64,000 nt of DNA from contig CAMYON010000013.1 of the NCBI GenBank assembly GCA_947260025.1, positions 20,806 to 84,805 on the forward strand, given 5' to 3'. A program made the translations under genes and the position numbers. This DNA comes from an uncultured Gammaproteobacteria bacterium. Lineage in GTDB: Bacteria > Pseudomonadota > Gammaproteobacteria > GCA-001735895. Each line of letters starts with the position of its first letter. The stretch's first letter is position 1. This document shows, in pieces, positions 40,353 through 52,296 of the stretch. Under the pieces are notes generated by a model. That model was not told where the DNA came from and did no database searches. It worked only from the letters and a program-made list of their open reading frames with translations.

Positions 40353-41462
40353 ATGTCAGTAGTCGATTCCGCACTGGTGCAAATCAGGCAGTTGCACCCT
40401 TATTCTCCTGGTAAACCAGTCGAGGAACTCGAGCGCGAACTTGGCATCAGCAACGCCATAAAACTTGCCTCCAACGAAAATCCGCTGGGTTGTTCGCCGC
40501 GGGCGCGAAGCGTGTTGGCTGGAGCTAGCAAGCATCTCGAACTCTACCCGGATGCAAATGCCTACTACCTGAAGCAACGACTCGCGCAAAAGCTCGGTGT
40601 CGAGCAGGATCAGATCACCATCGGCAACGGTTCCAACGACGTGCTCGACCTGGTCGCGCGCAGTTTTCTCGATGCCAGTACCGAGGCCGTGTTCTCGCAA
40701 TACGCGTTCATGGTGTACGGCATGGTAACCCAGGCCTGCGGCGCGAAAGCAAGCATAGCGCCCGCGTCAGGGCCTCAGAGTGCCTCACCCTACGGTCATG
40801 ATCTCGAAGCCATGGCAGCGTTGATTAACGATAAAACCCGGGTGGTGTTCATCGCTAACCCGAATAATCCAACCGGAACCTGGCTGCATGCCGACGAACT
40901 GCGCAGCTTCGTCGAGCAGGTGCCCGAACATATTGCGATCGTCGTTGACGAGGCTTACTTCGAGTATGTCGATCTGCCGCAGTACCCGGATACCCTGCAG
41001 TGGCTCGGGCAGTTCCCCAATCTGATCGTTACGCGCACCTTTTCCAAGATATACGGGCTTGCCGGATTGCGCGTCGGTTATTCGGTTTCGAGCGCCGAGC
41101 TGTGCGATTTGTTCAACCGTGTCAGGCAGCCGTTCAACGGTAACAGTCTCGGGCTGGTCGCGGCACAGGCGGCACTTGATGACGATGACTTCGTTGCGCA
41201 AAGCCGCGCGAGCAACGCGCAGGGCTTGCGGTCGATGCAGGAATGGTTCGACCAACGCGGAATCGAGTACATCCCCTCGGCCGGCAACTTCCTGACGGTT
41301 CGGTTTGGCGCCAACAGCTCGCAGCTTTATCAACAGTTGTTGCAGCAGGGCGTTATCGTCAGGCCGGTAGCGAATTACGGCCTGCCTGAACACCTGCGTA
41401 TCAGCGTCGGCACGGAGCCGCAGCTGCAGCAGCTGTACCGTGTCCTGGGAGAGATACTATGA
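40353..41462 (+). CDS. hisC: Histidinol-phosphate aminotransferase
   Basis: 369 aa; class II aminotransferase; PLP-Lys in TRTFSKIYGLAGLRVGY. Confidence 0.85.
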   Translation: MSVVDSALVQIRQLHPYSPGKPVEELERELGISNAIKLASNENPLGCSPRARSVLAGASKHLELYPDANAYYLKQRLAQKLGVEQDQITIGNGSNDVLDLVARSFLDASTEAVFSQYAFMVYGMVTQACGAKASIAPASGPQSASPYGHDLEAMAALINDKTRVVFIANPNNPTGTWLHADELRSFVEQVPEHIAIVVDEAYFEYVDLPQYPDTLQWLGQFPNLIVTRTFSKIYGLAGLRVGYSVSSAELCDLFNRVRQPFNGNSLGLVAAQAALDDDDFVAQSRASNAQGLRSMQEWFDQRGIEYIPSAGNFLTVRFGANSSQLYQQLLQQGVIVRPVANYGLPEHLRISVGTEPQLQQLYRVLGEIL

Positions 41463-42322
41463 TCGACAGGCTCGCGATTATCGGCGTTGGACTGATTGGC
41501 AGTTCGCTGGCGCTGGCGCTAAAACAGGCCGCTGCGGTGGGGCATGTAATCGGTTACGGGCGTAATCTTCACAATCTCGAGAAAGGCATCGAACTAGGGG
41601 TTATCGACAGCCAGGCCGGCACGATCGCGGAATGCGTACGTGATGCCGACGTGATCGTGGTGGCGGTTCCACTGGGTGCGATGCGGCAGGTCTTCGCCGA
41701 ACTCAAGGCCAGCGCCAGCCGCGATGCCGTGATTACAGATGTCGGTAGTGCCAAGGGTTCGGTTATTGCGGCGGCAAGGGAAGAGCTTGGTGATCTGTGG
41801 CCGCGTTTCGTCCCCGGCCACCCGATTGCAGGCACTGAACAGAGTGGTGTGGAGGCTGGTTTCGCAAGCCTTTACCAGAATCGCCGTGTAATCTTGACCC
41901 CGCTGGAGCAAACCGACGCCGACGCCGTCGAGATTATCGACGATATGTGGCAACACTGCGGTGCAACGCTGGAATATCTCAGCGTCGAACATCATGACAA
42001 GGTGCTGGCCGCAACCTCGCATTTACCGCATATGCTGGCTTACGCACTGGTGCACCACCTGTCGAATCTGAACGATCACGAAGAGATTTTTCGGTACGCC
42101 GCTGGCGGATTTCGTGATTTCTCCCGTATTGCCTCCAGCGATCCGGTCATGTGGCGCGACGTATGCCTCGCCAACGGTGACGCCCTGGTTGCCCTGATCG
42201 ATCAGTACCAACAGGAACTCGAACGCATTGCCACCGCGATTCGTGACGACGATGCCGACGAACTGTTAAAACTGTTCGGCAGGGCGAAGTCCGAACGTGA
42301 TTCGCTGATAGGTAATTGTTAA
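41459..42322 (+). CDS. tyrA: Prephenate/arogenate dehydrogenase
   Basis: 287 aa; N-terminal Rossmann motif IIGVGLIGSS. Confidence 0.85.
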   Translation: MIDRLAIIGVGLIGSSLALALKQAAAVGHVIGYGRNLHNLEKGIELGVIDSQAGTIAECVRDADVIVVAVPLGAMRQVFAELKASASRDAVITDVGSAKGSVIAAAREELGDLWPRFVPGHPIAGTEQSGVEAGFASLYQNRRVILTPLEQTDADAVEIIDDMWQHCGATLEYLSVEHHDKVLAATSHLPHMLAYALVHHLSNLNDHEEIFRYAAGGFRDFSRIASSDPVMWRDVCLANGDALVALIDQYQQELERIATAIRDDDADELLKLFGRAKSERDSLIGNC

Positions 42323-43626
42323 TGATGAGATTCGTCTGCAAACCCGGCGATAAAATTGGCGGCGAGTTTCGGGTTCCCGGCGATAAATCGATCTCCCATC
42401 GCTCGATCATGCTCGCCTCTATCGCGGACGGCACAAGCCATATTTCCGGCTTCCTGCAAGGCGAGGACAGCCTCAACACGATGCGGGCGTTCCAGCAAAT
42501 GGGAGTGCCGATCGAACGCAATCAGGGCGAAGTCACGGTTAGCGGTGTCGGGCTGCACGGCCTGCAGGCGCCGGCAACCGATCTCGATATGGGCAACTCC
42601 GGAACCGCCATGCGATTGCTGCTAGGCCTGCTTGCCGGACAGGACTTCGATGCGCGTCTGATCGGCGATTCTTCGTTATCGTCGCGGCCGATGCTGCGCG
42701 TGATCCAGCCGCTACAGCAAATGGGAGCGATCATTGAAAGCGCGGACGGCGGACGCGCGCCGCTGCTGGTCAGGGGTAGACAGGCACTCGAGGCGATCGA
42801 CTACCAGATGCCGGTGGCCTCGGCGCAGGTAAAATCCTGCCTGCTGCTGGCCGGGCTCTATGCGCAAGGCGAAACCATCGTGCATGAGCCGGCACCGACG
42901 CGTGACCACAGTGAGCGTATGCTGCGGGGTTTTGGCTGCGAGGTAGCATCTAGCGACGGCGAAATCCGGCTTCGGGGTAACCAGGCATTGACCGCCTGCG
43001 ACATTGACGTGCCGGCCGACATATCATCGGCAGCATTTTTCATGGTCGCGGGCAGTATTGCCAGTGATTCCGATATCACGCTACAGCATGTCGGCATCAA
43101 TCCCACCCGTACCGGGGTGATCGGTATCCTCGAATTGATGGGAGCCGATATCGAAATTCTCAATCGACAGGAAATAGGAGGCGAGCCGGTTGCCGATATC
43201 CGGGTGCGCAGTGCCCCATTGTCCGGTATCGAGATCCCCGGGCATCTGGTGCCGCTGGCGATAGATGAATTTCCGGTGCTGTTCGTGGCCGCGGCCTGTG
43301 CCGTCGGAGAAACCCGTTTGAGCGGCGCGGAAGAGCTGCGGGTCAAGGAAAGCGACCGCATCCAGGTCATGGCTGACGGCCTTACCAGGCTTGGAATTGA
43401 AACCGAAGTGAAACCTGACGGCATTATAATTCAGGGCGGGGAACTCGGCGGCGGTGAAGTCGATTCGCATGGAGATCATCGCATTGCGATGGCTTTTAGC
43501 GTAGCCTCGTTGGCAGCCAGCCGGGATATTTGCATTCGGGATTGCGCCAATGTAAATACATCTTTCCCCGGATTTGCGGAATTGGCCCAGCGGGCAGGAA
43601 TCAGGATATCAATCGATGCAGGATGA
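42316..43626 (+). CDS. aroA: 3-phosphoshikimate 1-carboxyvinyltransferase (EPSP synthase)
   Basis: 436 aa; EPSPS motifs (LGNSGTAMRLL). Confidence 0.9.
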   Translation: MLMMRFVCKPGDKIGGEFRVPGDKSISHRSIMLASIADGTSHISGFLQGEDSLNTMRAFQQMGVPIERNQGEVTVSGVGLHGLQAPATDLDMGNSGTAMRLLLGLLAGQDFDARLIGDSSLSSRPMLRVIQPLQQMGAIIESADGGRAPLLVRGRQALEAIDYQMPVASAQVKSCLLLAGLYAQGETIVHEPAPTRDHSERMLRGFGCEVASSDGEIRLRGNQALTACDIDVPADISSAAFFMVAGSIASDSDITLQHVGINPTRTGVIGILELMGADIEILNRQEIGGEPVADIRVRSAPLSGIEIPGHLVPLAIDEFPVLFVAAACAVGETRLSGAEELRVKESDRIQVMADGLTRLGIETEVKPDGIIIQGGELGGGEVDSHGDHRIAMAFSVASLAASRDICIRDCANVNTSFPGFAELAQRAGIRISIDAG

Positions 43627-44290
43627 GAACGTTTTTGTCGTTACAATCGATGGCCCGAGTGGGTCGGGCAAGGGGTCGCTCGCGCTTAACGTAGCACGCG
43701 AACTGGGATTTCACCTGCTCGACAGTGGCGCAATTTATCGGCTGCTGGCGCTGAAAGCACTGCAGCAAGGTATCGATCTCGACGACGAACAACAGGTCGC
43801 GCCACTGGCCGAGGAACTCGATATCCGGTTTGAAGCGGGTGACGAATTATCCATTCCGTTTCTCGATAATGTCGACGTTTCGGCCGAATTACGCCAGGAG
43901 CGAACCGGTGACGCGGCGTCAAGGGTGGCGCGTCACCCCCTGGTGCGTGAACGCCTGTTGAGTCTGCAGCGCGGTTTTGTCAGGCCTCCGGGACTGGTCG
44001 CCGACGGGCGCGATATGGGCACCGTGGTGTTCCCCGATGCCCGTTTTAAGTTCTTTTTGTACGCAAGCCCTGAAATTCGTGCGCAAAGACGATATAAGCA
44101 GTTGAAAAATATGGGTTTATCCGCTAATATCGCGCAGCTTCAGGCGGATATAGCCGAACGTGACGAACGCGATCAAAGTCGAAGTGTCTCACCGCTCGTG
44201 CCCGCCGAAGATGCTCTGGTTGTGGAATCAAGTTTGCTCGACCTGGCGCAGGTAACGGAACTCGTGCTGAGCCATATAAGAGATAAGTAG
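43616..44290 (+). CDS. cmk: Cytidylate kinase
   Basis: 224 aa from internal ATG (MQDENVFVVTIDGPSGSGKG P-loop); overlaps the aroA stop. Confidence 0.9.
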   Translation: MQDENVFVVTIDGPSGSGKGSLALNVARELGFHLLDSGAIYRLLALKALQQGIDLDDEQQVAPLAEELDIRFEAGDELSIPFLDNVDVSAELRQERTGDAASRVARHPLVRERLLSLQRGFVRPPGLVADGRDMGTVVFPDARFKFFLYASPEIRAQRRYKQLKNMGLSANIAQLQADIAERDERDQSRSVSPLVPAEDALVVESSLLDLAQVTELVLSHIRDK

Positions 44291-44311
44291 TAACCACGAC
44301 CTTATCAAGGC

Positions 44312-44345
44312 CCCTGCAGACGCACTGTCTTCAGGGTTTTTTTAA
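44312..44345 (+). terminator. Rho-independent terminator after cmk
   Basis: Imperfect GC stem (ccctgcagacg...gtcttcaggg) followed by TTTTTTT. Confidence 0.55.
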
Positions 44346-44406
44346 CTAAACCAGATGGTTAATTGTATCCGGATTAACTGTCGTGAAACTCTTTTAGGAT
44401 TCTTCC

Positions 44407-46080
44407 ATGTCTGAAAACTTTGCAGAAATGTTTGAGCAAAGCATTACCCAAATGAATATGCGCGTCGGTGAAATAATCACTGGCGAGGTTGTCGATATCA
44501 ACCGGGATGTTGTCATCGTCAACGCGGGCCTCAAGTCCGAGGGTGTTATCCCGGTAGAACAATTTTACGATGAAAACGGCGAACTCGACGTCAAGGTCGG
44601 CGATACGGTCGAGGTTGCGCTGGATTCATTCGAAGACGGCTACGGCGAATCTCGCCTGTCGCGTGAAAAAGCCAAGCGCGCACGCGCCTGGACCCGTCTC
44701 GAGCAGGCCCAGCAGGCCGACGAAATCGTTACCGGTCGCTTTACCGGTAAGGTCAAGGGTGGCTTCACCGTCGATATCGGCGAAATTCGCGCCTTCCTGC
44801 CCGGGTCACTGGTGGACGTGCGTCCGGTGCGCGACACCGCTTATCTCGAAGAAAAAGAACTCGAGTTCAAGATCATCAAGCTCGACCAGAAGCGCAACAA
44901 TGTCGTCGTTTCTCGCCGTGCCGTGGTGGAGAAAGAATTCAGTGAAGAACGCGAAAAGCTGCTGGAAACCCTGAAAGAGGGCGAACGCGTGCGCGGTATC
45001 GTCAAGAACCTGACCGATTATGGTGCTTTCCTCGACCTGGGTGGTATCGACGGTCTGCTCCATATTACCGATATGGCCTGGAAGCGCGTCAAGCACCCGT
45101 CCGAAGTAGTCGAAATCGGGCAGGAAATCGACGTCGTAGTGCTCAAGTTCGACCGTGAAAAGAATCGCGTCTCGCTTGGCCTCAAGCAAATGGGCGACGA
45201 TCCCTGGGAAAATCTGATGCGTCGTTACCCGGAAGGCACGCGCCTTTTCGGTCACGTCAGCAACATCACCGACTACGGCTGTTTCGTCGAAATCGAGGAT
45301 GGCGTCGAAGGCCTGGTCCACGTTTCCGAAATGGACTGGACCAACAAGAACGTCAATCCCAACAAGGTTGTTACCCTCGGCGATGAAGTCGAGGTCGTAA
45401 TCCTCGAAATCGACGAGGAACGTCGGCGTATTTCCCTCGGCATGAAGCAGTGCAAGGCAAATCCCTGGGAAGAATTCGGTACTACCAACAACAAGGGCGA
45501 CATCATTTCCGGCAAGATCAAGTCGATTACCGATTTCGGTATCTTTATCGGGCTGGAAGGAAATATCGATGGCCTGATTCACCTCACCGACCTGTCCTGG
45601 AACAAGCCGGGCGAAGAAGCGGTGCGTGAATATCAAAAGGGACAGGAAGTCGAAGCCATGGTATTGTCGATCGATCCCGAGCGCGAGCGCATCTCGCTGG
45701 GCATCAAACAGATCGAAAAAGATCCGTTCGCCAGCTTTATTGCGGACAAGCCCAAGGGTAGTATTGTGTCTGGCACGGTTGTGTCGGTTGATGCCAAGGC
45801 GGCCGTGGTCGATCTTGGCGATGGCATCGAGGGTCTGTTACGGGCTTCCGAGATGGCCAAGGACCGGGTAGAGGACGCTCGTTCATTTCTTAATGAAGGC
45901 GACCAGATCGAAGCCAAGATAACCGGAATGGATCGTAAGGGTCGTAGTATCTACCTGTCTATCAAAGCCAAGGATAGCGATGAGGAACAGGAAGCGTTGA
46001 AGGATTACGCGGCCAGTAGCGATGCCAAGGCGGCCACTACCAGCTTTGGTGATCTGCTCAAGGAAAAAATGGATTCCTGA
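44407..46080 (+). CDS. rpsA: 30S ribosomal protein S1
   Basis: 557 aa; six S1 repeats. Confidence 0.95.
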   Translation: MSENFAEMFEQSITQMNMRVGEIITGEVVDINRDVVIVNAGLKSEGVIPVEQFYDENGELDVKVGDTVEVALDSFEDGYGESRLSREKAKRARAWTRLEQAQQADEIVTGRFTGKVKGGFTVDIGEIRAFLPGSLVDVRPVRDTAYLEEKELEFKIIKLDQKRNNVVVSRRAVVEKEFSEEREKLLETLKEGERVRGIVKNLTDYGAFLDLGGIDGLLHITDMAWKRVKHPSEVVEIGQEIDVVVLKFDREKNRVSLGLKQMGDDPWENLMRRYPEGTRLFGHVSNITDYGCFVEIEDGVEGLVHVSEMDWTNKNVNPNKVVTLGDEVEVVILEIDEERRRISLGMKQCKANPWEEFGTTNNKGDIISGKIKSITDFGIFIGLEGNIDGLIHLTDLSWNKPGEEAVREYQKGQEVEAMVLSIDPERERISLGIKQIEKDPFASFIADKPKGSIVSGTVVSVDAKAAVVDLGDGIEGLLRASEMAKDRVEDARSFLNEGDQIEAKITGMDRKGRSIYLSIKAKDSDEEQEALKDYAASSDAKAATTSFGDLLKEKMDS

Positions 46081-46163
46081 TCCACAATCGGGTGGCGGGG
46101 TCGACCCGCCACCAATCCAGATTATTGGGCCAAGAGATGAAAGAAACAGAATTTGTACCATCG

Positions 46164-46448
46164 ATGACCAAGTCGGACCTGATCGATAATCTAGCGAGAA
46201 ATCAGGGACACCTGGCTTACAAGGACGTCGAACTGGCGGTAAAAAGTCTGATCGAAATGATGAGTAGCGCTCTGTCAAACGGTGAGCGCATAGAAATCAG
46301 GGGGTTCGGCAGTTTCAGCCTGCATTATCGGCCGCCGAGAACGGGGCGTAATCCGAAGTCGGGTGACAAGGTGGATTTGCCCGGAAAGTACGTGCCGCAT
46401 TTCAAACCGGGGAAGGAGTTGCGCGATCGCGCCAATAATCAGAAATAG
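46164..46448 (+). CDS. ihfB: Integration host factor beta subunit
   Basis: 94 aa from MTKSDLI; near identical in pattern to E. coli IhfB ([25 protein letters not shown]). Confidence 0.9.
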   Translation: MTKSDLIDNLARNQGHLAYKDVELAVKSLIEMMSSALSNGERIEIRGFGSFSLHYRPPRTGRNPKSGDKVDLPGKYVPHFKPGKELRDRANNQK

Positions 46449-46487
46449 CCTTACTCAAGCCGCCCAGCCGGATACGGTCACTTAATC

Positions 46488-47642
46488 ATGGATATCTGGC
46501 TCTTCCTGTTAGTTCTGGCCGCAATCATCATCGGCTGGTTGCTTGGTCGGTGGCAACCTTTCAGGCGAAAAGCCAGGCAACAACAACCCGATCAATTTTC
46601 CGAGCGTTACGCCAGGGGCTTGAATTACCTGCTGGCGGACGATCCGGATAATGCGATAAAGATATTCACCGACCTGATCGAGGTCAACAAGGACACCATA
46701 GAGATCCATATTGCCCTGGGCAATCTGTTTCGTTCCAAGGGCGAAGTAGATCGCGCCATCAAGGTGCATCAGAACCTGCTGGCGCGACCGAACCTGACTC
46801 GCAAACAACGCCATATGGCCATTGCCGAGTTGGCCAGCGATTACCTCAAGGCCGGGTTGCTCGACCGCGCGGAAAAGCTGTATCGGGAAATGATCGATCT
46901 CGATGCCGACACCAGCCATGCCTATCGACGTTTGCTCGACCTGTATATCACCGAGAAATCCTGGGGCGAAGCGGTCGACTGCGCCGAGGCGCTTTACCAG
47001 ATGGATGAGCCGGAAGCGGACGTCGCCTACGGTCAGTGCCTGTGTGAAATTTCCAGCGAGGCGATCGCCAGTGGCAACTATCGGCTGGCGCGTAAAAATC
47101 TCGATCGTGCAATCGAAGTCGATCCCGATGGCGTGCGGGCGGCGTTATTGCTGATCAAGCTGCATCTGAATACCGAAAATCTCGCCGCGGCAAAAAGAAT
47201 ATTCCAGCGACTGACGCGTGAGAATCCAGATTACATGGGTCTCTATATCGAGCCGGCGCGACAGATCTATCTCAACCGCGAGCCTGACGTTTACAAGGAT
47301 TTTCTGCAGCGGCAATACAAACAGCATCCGTCGACGCGCCTCGCGATTGCCTTGCTCGAGCAATATGCCCGCAATGACGAAATCGAGAAGGCGCGCGAAT
47401 TTCTTTCCGATATATTGCATCAGTCACCGTCATTCGAGGCCTTTGAGTTTGCCCTGCGCTTCCTCAAGTCAAACCCCGATCAGCTCGGCGAGACCTGGGA
47501 AACCCTGTCGACCTTTCTGAAAACGCTGCAGGACAAGAAAATCGAGTATGTTTGCGCCCGTTGTGGCTACGAAAGCCATGCCATACAGTGGCTTTGCCCG
47601 AGCTGCCGCAACTGGGCCTCGATGAAGCAGGTCAAGCTATGA
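46488..47642 (+). CDS. lapB: Lipopolysaccharide assembly protein LapB (YciM; TPR plus rubredoxin-like zinc finger)
   Basis: 384 aa; N-terminal TM; TPR repeats; C-terminal CARCGY...CPSCRNW. Confidence 0.85.
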   Translation: MDIWLFLLVLAAIIIGWLLGRWQPFRRKARQQQPDQFSERYARGLNYLLADDPDNAIKIFTDLIEVNKDTIEIHIALGNLFRSKGEVDRAIKVHQNLLARPNLTRKQRHMAIAELASDYLKAGLLDRAEKLYREMIDLDADTSHAYRRLLDLYITEKSWGEAVDCAEALYQMDEPEADVAYGQCLCEISSEAIASGNYRLARKNLDRAIEVDPDGVRAALLLIKLHLNTENLAAAKRIFQRLTRENPDYMGLYIEPARQIYLNREPDVYKDFLQRQYKQHPSTRLAIALLEQYARNDEIEKAREFLSDILHQSPSFEAFEFALRFLKSNPDQLGETWETLSTFLKTLQDKKIEYVCARCGYESHAIQWLCPSCRNWASMKQVKL

Positions 47643-48331
47643 ACGATCCCAAAATTATCGTTGCGCTCGACTTCCCGAATCACCAACAGGCTATCGAGTT
47701 TTCACGCAAGACGTCCCCCGACCAGTGCCGCTTGAAGGTCGGCAAGGAATTGTTTACCAGTGCCGGACCGGCCCTGGTCGAAGCGCTGGTCGACAACGGT
47801 TACGATGTATTTCTCGATCTGAAGTTTCACGATATTCCAAATACGGTTGGCAAAGCCGCCACTGCTGCCGCCAAACTGGGCGTCTGGATGTTGAACGTGC
47901 ATGCCCTCGGTGGAGCGGAAATGATGCGGGCCGCACGTGCAGGGATAGAACTAGTTGCACAGCGCCCATTCCTGATCGCGGTTACCGTGCTGACCAGCAT
48001 GTCGCCGCGTGATTTGCAGGGAATCGGCATGCAGATTCCGTTGCCGCAACTAGTCGACCGATTAGCGCAAACTGCCATCGAAAGCGGTCTCGACGGCGTC
48101 GTCTGCTCCGCCCAGGAAGCCCCCGCATTGCGCGCTTCCATCGGCGATGCAGCGCTGCTGGTAACCCCCGGAATTCGTCCCGAATGGGCGGCCGCGAACG
48201 ATCAACGTCGTATCGTGACGCCGCGCCAGGCGCTGGAGAACGGCGCCAGCTATCTGGTGATTGGTCGCCCGATCACCCAGCACCAGGACCCTGCCGAAGC
48301 GCTGAGGCTGATCGCGCAATCGATTTCATAG
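47639..48331 (+). CDS. pyrF: Orotidine 5'-phosphate decarboxylase
   Basis: 230 aa from [12 protein letters not shown]; ATGA overlap with lapB; lapB-pyrF order as in E. coli. Confidence 0.9.
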   Translation: MNDPKIIVALDFPNHQQAIEFSRKTSPDQCRLKVGKELFTSAGPALVEALVDNGYDVFLDLKFHDIPNTVGKAATAAAKLGVWMLNVHALGGAEMMRAARAGIELVAQRPFLIAVTVLTSMSPRDLQGIGMQIPLPQLVDRLAQTAIESGLDGVVCSAQEAPALRASIGDAALLVTPGIRPEWAAANDQRRIVTPRQALENGASYLVIGRPITQHQDPAEALRLIAQSIS

Positions 48332-48411
48332 CCAGCAGGGAGCAGGGCTGATGACAGCCATCGGGCGAATCGTTACACTATTGCCAGATTTGATCATTAC
48401 AACGACTATAA

Positions 48412-49371
48412 ATGGATCCCAACTTTCTAGAGTTTGAACAGCCGATCGCCGAGCTTCAGGCTAAAATTTCCGAGCTACGTTATGTCACCGATGACTCTGA
48501 CATAAACATCAGCCAGGAAATCAAAACCCTCGAGCGCAAGGCGGAGTCGTTGACCACGTCGATATTTTCAAAACTTTCGGCATGGCAGATTTCACAACTA
48601 TCGCGGCATCCGAACCGACCTTACTCGGCCGACTATATCGAACGAATCTTTACCGATTTCGAGTACCTGCATGGCGATCGCGCGTTTGCCGACGATTATC
48701 CTGTCGTGGGTGGTGTCGGAAGGCTGGAGGGCAAGCCGGTGATGGTGATCGGGCAGCAGAAGGGGCGCGATACGCGAGAAAAAATCAAGCGTAACTTCGG
48801 CATGCCGCGACCCGAGGGTTACCGTAAGGCGCTGCGCCTGATGAAGATGGCCGAAAAGTTCAAAATGCCCCTGCTGACACTGGTCGACACGCCCGGCGCC
48901 TACCCGGGTATCGGCGCGGAGGAGCGCGGGCAGAGCGAAGCGATTGCGCGCAATCTGTATACCCTGGCCGAGTTAAAAACTCCGATTATCTGTACCGTGA
49001 TCGGTGAAGGCGGATCCGGCGGCGCGCTCGCAATTTGCGTCGGTGATCGAATCAATATGCTGCAGTACGCGACCTATTCGGTAATCTCGCCCGAGGGCTG
49101 CGCGTCGATTTTGTGGAAAAGTGCCGACAAGGCATCGCAGGCGGCCGAGGCGATGGGGATAACTGCCGAGCGCCTGTATTCGCTCAAGTTGATCGACAGT
49201 GTTATCAACGAGCCGCTCGGTGGCGCGCATCGAGACTATGACCAGGTAGCAGACTCGCTCAAACTTAACCTGGTCGAAAGTCTCGAGGCACTGGAATCGA
49301 TGACTATCGACAAGCTACTCGATAAGCGTTATCAGAAGCTGATGGCGTTTGGCAAGTACCGGGAAAGCTGA
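48412..49371 (+). CDS. accA: Acetyl-CoA carboxylase carboxyltransferase alpha subunit
   Basis: 319 aa; colinear with AccA. Confidence 0.9.
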   Translation: MDPNFLEFEQPIAELQAKISELRYVTDDSDINISQEIKTLERKAESLTTSIFSKLSAWQISQLSRHPNRPYSADYIERIFTDFEYLHGDRAFADDYPVVGGVGRLEGKPVMVIGQQKGRDTREKIKRNFGMPRPEGYRKALRLMKMAEKFKMPLLTLVDTPGAYPGIGAEERGQSEAIARNLYTLAELKTPIICTVIGEGGSGGALAICVGDRINMLQYATYSVISPEGCASILWKSADKASQAAEAMGITAERLYSLKLIDSVINEPLGGAHRDYDQVADSLKLNLVESLEALESMTIDKLLDKRYQKLMAFGKYRES

Positions 49372-49394
49372 CAGGATCACTGCATACCAGCCAC

Positions 49395-50612
49395 ATGCGA
49401 TCATGCCTGGAATCGATTCCTGACGATAGCAGTCGCGTATTCGTGGCCTACAGCGGTGGCCTCGATTCCAGCGTATTGCTGCACCTGCTGCTATCGACCG
49501 AGCGAGAATACGAAATCCTGCCCTGGCACATCAATCATGGCCTGGTTGATAACGCCTTGCAGATGGAACAATTCTGTATTCAGCAGGCGCAGGCTTATGG
49601 CCTCGAAATCCGCGTCGATCGACTCGACCTGGCGAACGTCGACAGCAATATCGAGGCGGTCGCGCGTCGTCAGCGTTACCGCCTGTTCGAAGAAAACACG
49701 CAAGCTGGCGATTGCATCCTGACCGCCCATCATGCCGATGATCAGGCCGAAACCTTTTTGATGAATGCGTTACGTGGTTCGGGAGTTGCCGGGCTGCGCG
49801 GTATTGCCGGGCAGCGACGTCTGGGTTCGTCCCTGTTATTGCGTCCGCTACTGGGATTTAGTCGTGAGCAGCTGGAGGATTATGCAAATCGGCACGAAGT
49901 GGCCTGGTTTAACGATCCCAGTAACCAAAATCCGAGATTCGACCGCAATTACCTGCGCCGCGAGATCGTGCCGTTAATCAAGCAGCGCTGGCCGGGGTAT
50001 CAGGACGCGCTGTCGACAAGTAGCGAGATACAGTCCGAGACGCAGGCCTTACTCGATGAAATCGGATCGCAGGACTATCAGCATCTGCGTATCCCGGATC
50101 GTGGCAAAATCGATCGACTGGATATCGGTGCGATGATGCAACTGTCATTGCCGCGTCGCAAGAACCTGGTTCGGTACTGGATTACAACCGCCGGGCTGCC
50201 GCCGCCGCCGTTTAGCCGCTTGCGGGAGACGATGCAACAACTACAAGCTCGACCCGACGCCATGCCCAAGATTGTTATGTCGGGCTACTCGCTAAGGATA
50301 TACGATCGGCAGCTTTTCCTGGTGCTCGAACGTGCCCGCGATAAATGCGGTGGTGCGTTCGAATTCGGTCAGCATGAAAAGATCGAGATTCCGCAGCTGG
50401 ATTTACGGTTGAGCCGCAAGGAGATATTGCGGCGGCTCGGTGTCGCCGATAAAAACCAGTCTTTGACGCTTAAGTTTCGGCAACGGGGCGAGCAAAACGA
50501 GGATGGCCATCGGCTCAAGCGGTTATTTCAGCAGCATCGAGTGCCGCCCTGGGAGCGCGATTCTACCGCGCAGCTTTATCTCGACGGTCGGCTCGAGGAC
50601 TTGCTGCTATGA
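49395..50612 (+). CDS. tilS: tRNA(Ile)-lysidine synthetase
   Basis: 405 aa; PP-loop SGGLDS. Confidence 0.85.
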   Translation: MRSCLESIPDDSSRVFVAYSGGLDSSVLLHLLLSTEREYEILPWHINHGLVDNALQMEQFCIQQAQAYGLEIRVDRLDLANVDSNIEAVARRQRYRLFEENTQAGDCILTAHHADDQAETFLMNALRGSGVAGLRGIAGQRRLGSSLLLRPLLGFSREQLEDYANRHEVAWFNDPSNQNPRFDRNYLRREIVPLIKQRWPGYQDALSTSSEIQSETQALLDEIGSQDYQHLRIPDRGKIDRLDIGAMMQLSLPRRKNLVRYWITTAGLPPPPFSRLRETMQQLQARPDAMPKIVMSGYSLRIYDRQLFLVLERARDKCGGAFEFGQHEKIEIPQLDLRLSRKEILRRLGVADKNQSLTLKFRQRGEQNEDGHRLKRLFQQHRVPPWERDSTAQLYLDGRLEDLLL

Positions 50613-51340
50613 GTGGGGATGACAACAGGGACCGCATATTCTCGCGGCGCCTGAGCGAGGTCAAGGCCTTCGAGTTCAACGAAACCGTCGCCGGCGTATT
50701 CCAGGATATGATTTCACGCTCGGTCCCGGGTTACTCCCTGTTAATGCGTATGATCGGCCTCTATGCCGATATTTTTGTCACGCCCGCAAGCCGCGTCTAC
50801 GATCTGGGCTGCTCGCTGGGAGAAGCCAGCCTGTTGATCTCGGACCAGGCGCGCGATACCGGTTGCCGGATTATCGCGGTCGATAATTCGGCAGCAATGA
50901 TCGAAAAATGCCGGCAACACCCCCCGGGTGCCACTGAGATCGAGTGGTGCCGAGGGGATATTCGTCATACCGAGATCGAGAATGCCTCGATGGTGGTTTT
51001 AAACCTTACCCTGCAGTTTCTCCAGCCGGAAGAGCGGCCGGCGCTGCTGCAGCGAATCTTTGCCGGGTTGAATCCGGGCGGAGTCCTGGTGTTGTCCGAA
51101 AAGATCGTATTCGATGATCCGGCCGAAAACGAACGTATGACCCAACTCTACCAGGGTTTCAAAAAAACCATGGGATATAGTGATCTCGAGATTAGCCAGA
51201 AACGCAATGCGCTGGAAAACGTGTTAATCCCGGATAGCGACCAGCAGCACCGCCGGCGACTCGAAGCGATCGGCTTCAACGAAGTCTACCAGTGTTTCAG
51301 GGGATTCAATTTCGTCTCGTACCTGGCAATCAAGGCGTGA
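50609..51340 (+). CDS. cmoA: Carboxy-S-adenosyl-L-methionine synthase
   Basis: 243 aa; colinear with CmoA; overlaps the tilS stop. Confidence 0.85.
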   Translation: MSGDDNRDRIFSRRLSEVKAFEFNETVAGVFQDMISRSVPGYSLLMRMIGLYADIFVTPASRVYDLGCSLGEASLLISDQARDTGCRIIAVDNSAAMIEKCRQHPPGATEIEWCRGDIRHTEIENASMVVLNLTLQFLQPEERPALLQRIFAGLNPGGVLVLSEKIVFDDPAENERMTQLYQGFKKTMGYSDLEISQKRNALENVLIPDSDQQHRRRLEAIGFNEVYQCFRGFNFVSYLAIKA

Positions 51341-52296
51341 ACTGGGATCGGCTGTTTGATCTTCTGCGAAGGCACGGACTGAATTACTGGGCCGACGAAC
51401 TGCGGGCGCGAAGCGATCAATGGCTGGTTAACCACGGCGATTATCGGCGCTGGAAAAAAGCGCTGGATGCGTTGCCACCACTGGAAAATGCGCAAGCCTG
51501 TTTTGACCTGCCGGCGGTCACCGTGAGCAGCCTTTGCCTGGATAACGCGGTGCTGCGCGACGCGCTGCTGGGATTAATGCCATGGCGCAAGGGACCCTAC
51601 CAGATAGCGGATGTTTACATCGACAGCGAATGGCGCTCCGACTTGAAGTGGGAGCGGGTGCTGCCCCACCTGGCGCCACTGCGGGATCGGCGCGTTCTCG
51701 ACATAGGTTGTGGTAACGGTTATCACTGCTGGCGCATGCTGGCGCAATCACCGGCAGTAGTACTCGGAATCGAACCTTCGGTGCTGTTCAACCTGCAATT
51801 TGCGGCGTTGCAAAAGTACCTGCAGCGGGACGATATACACCTGCTACCGATCGGCGTCGAGGATATGCCCGAGAAACTGGGCTGGTTTGACAGCGTGTTT
51901 TCGATGGGCGTCTTGTACCATCGCAAAAGCCCTGTCGACCATCTTTACCAGCTTAAGGATTTTCTTGTCCCCGGGGGCGAGTTGTGTCTCGAAACCCTCG
52001 TCATCGAGGGGCCGGCGGGCAGATTGCTGTTGCCGCAGGCACGCTACGCGCGTATGCGCAACGTCTGGTTCATTCCGTCGTCGCAGGAGCTTGTCGGCTG
52101 GTTGCAGCGCTGTGGTTTCGTCAATGTCAGGGTTGTCGACGAATCGGTAACCAGTACCGAGGAGCAGCGCGCCACCGAGTGGATGCAGTTCGAATCTCTC
52201 GAACAGTGCCTGGATCGAAACAATCCTGCGCTGACGGTTGAGGGCTTACCGGCGCCTCGGCGCGCCGTGGTGCTGGCCGAAAGGCCGGCGAGTTAA
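51337..52296 (+). CDS. cmoB: tRNA U34 carboxymethyltransferase
   Basis: 319 aa from a GTG overlapping the cmoA stop (GTGA); colinear with E. coli CmoB (LMPWRKGPY, VLYHRKSP, VEGLPAPRRAV). Confidence 0.85.
   Translation: MNWDRLFDLLRRHGLNYWADELRARSDQWLVNHGDYRRWKKALDALPPLENAQACFDLPAVTVSSLCLDNAVLRDALLGLMPWRKGPYQIADVYIDSEWRSDLKWERVLPHLAPLRDRRVLDIGCGNGYHCWRMLAQSPAVVLGIEPSVLFNLQFAALQKYLQRDDIHLLPIGVEDMPEKLGWFDSVFSMGVLYHRKSPVDHLYQLKDFLVPGGELCLETLVIEGPAGRLLLPQARYARMRNVWFIPSSQELVGWLQRCGFVNVRVVDESVTSTEEQRATEWMQFESLEQCLDRNNPALTVEGLPAPRRAVVLAERPAS

Noticed and set aside
46081-46140. GC-rich hairpin after rpsA (gtggcggg-gtcga-cccgccac)
   Set aside because: No T-tract follows. It is probably only a weak pause or processing element, so it is not called a terminator.
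46449-46487. Expected lapA (yciS) gene upstream of lapB
   Set aside because: Only 39 nt separate ihfB and lapB, so lapA is simply absent at this locus. This is noted but is not unusual enough on its own.
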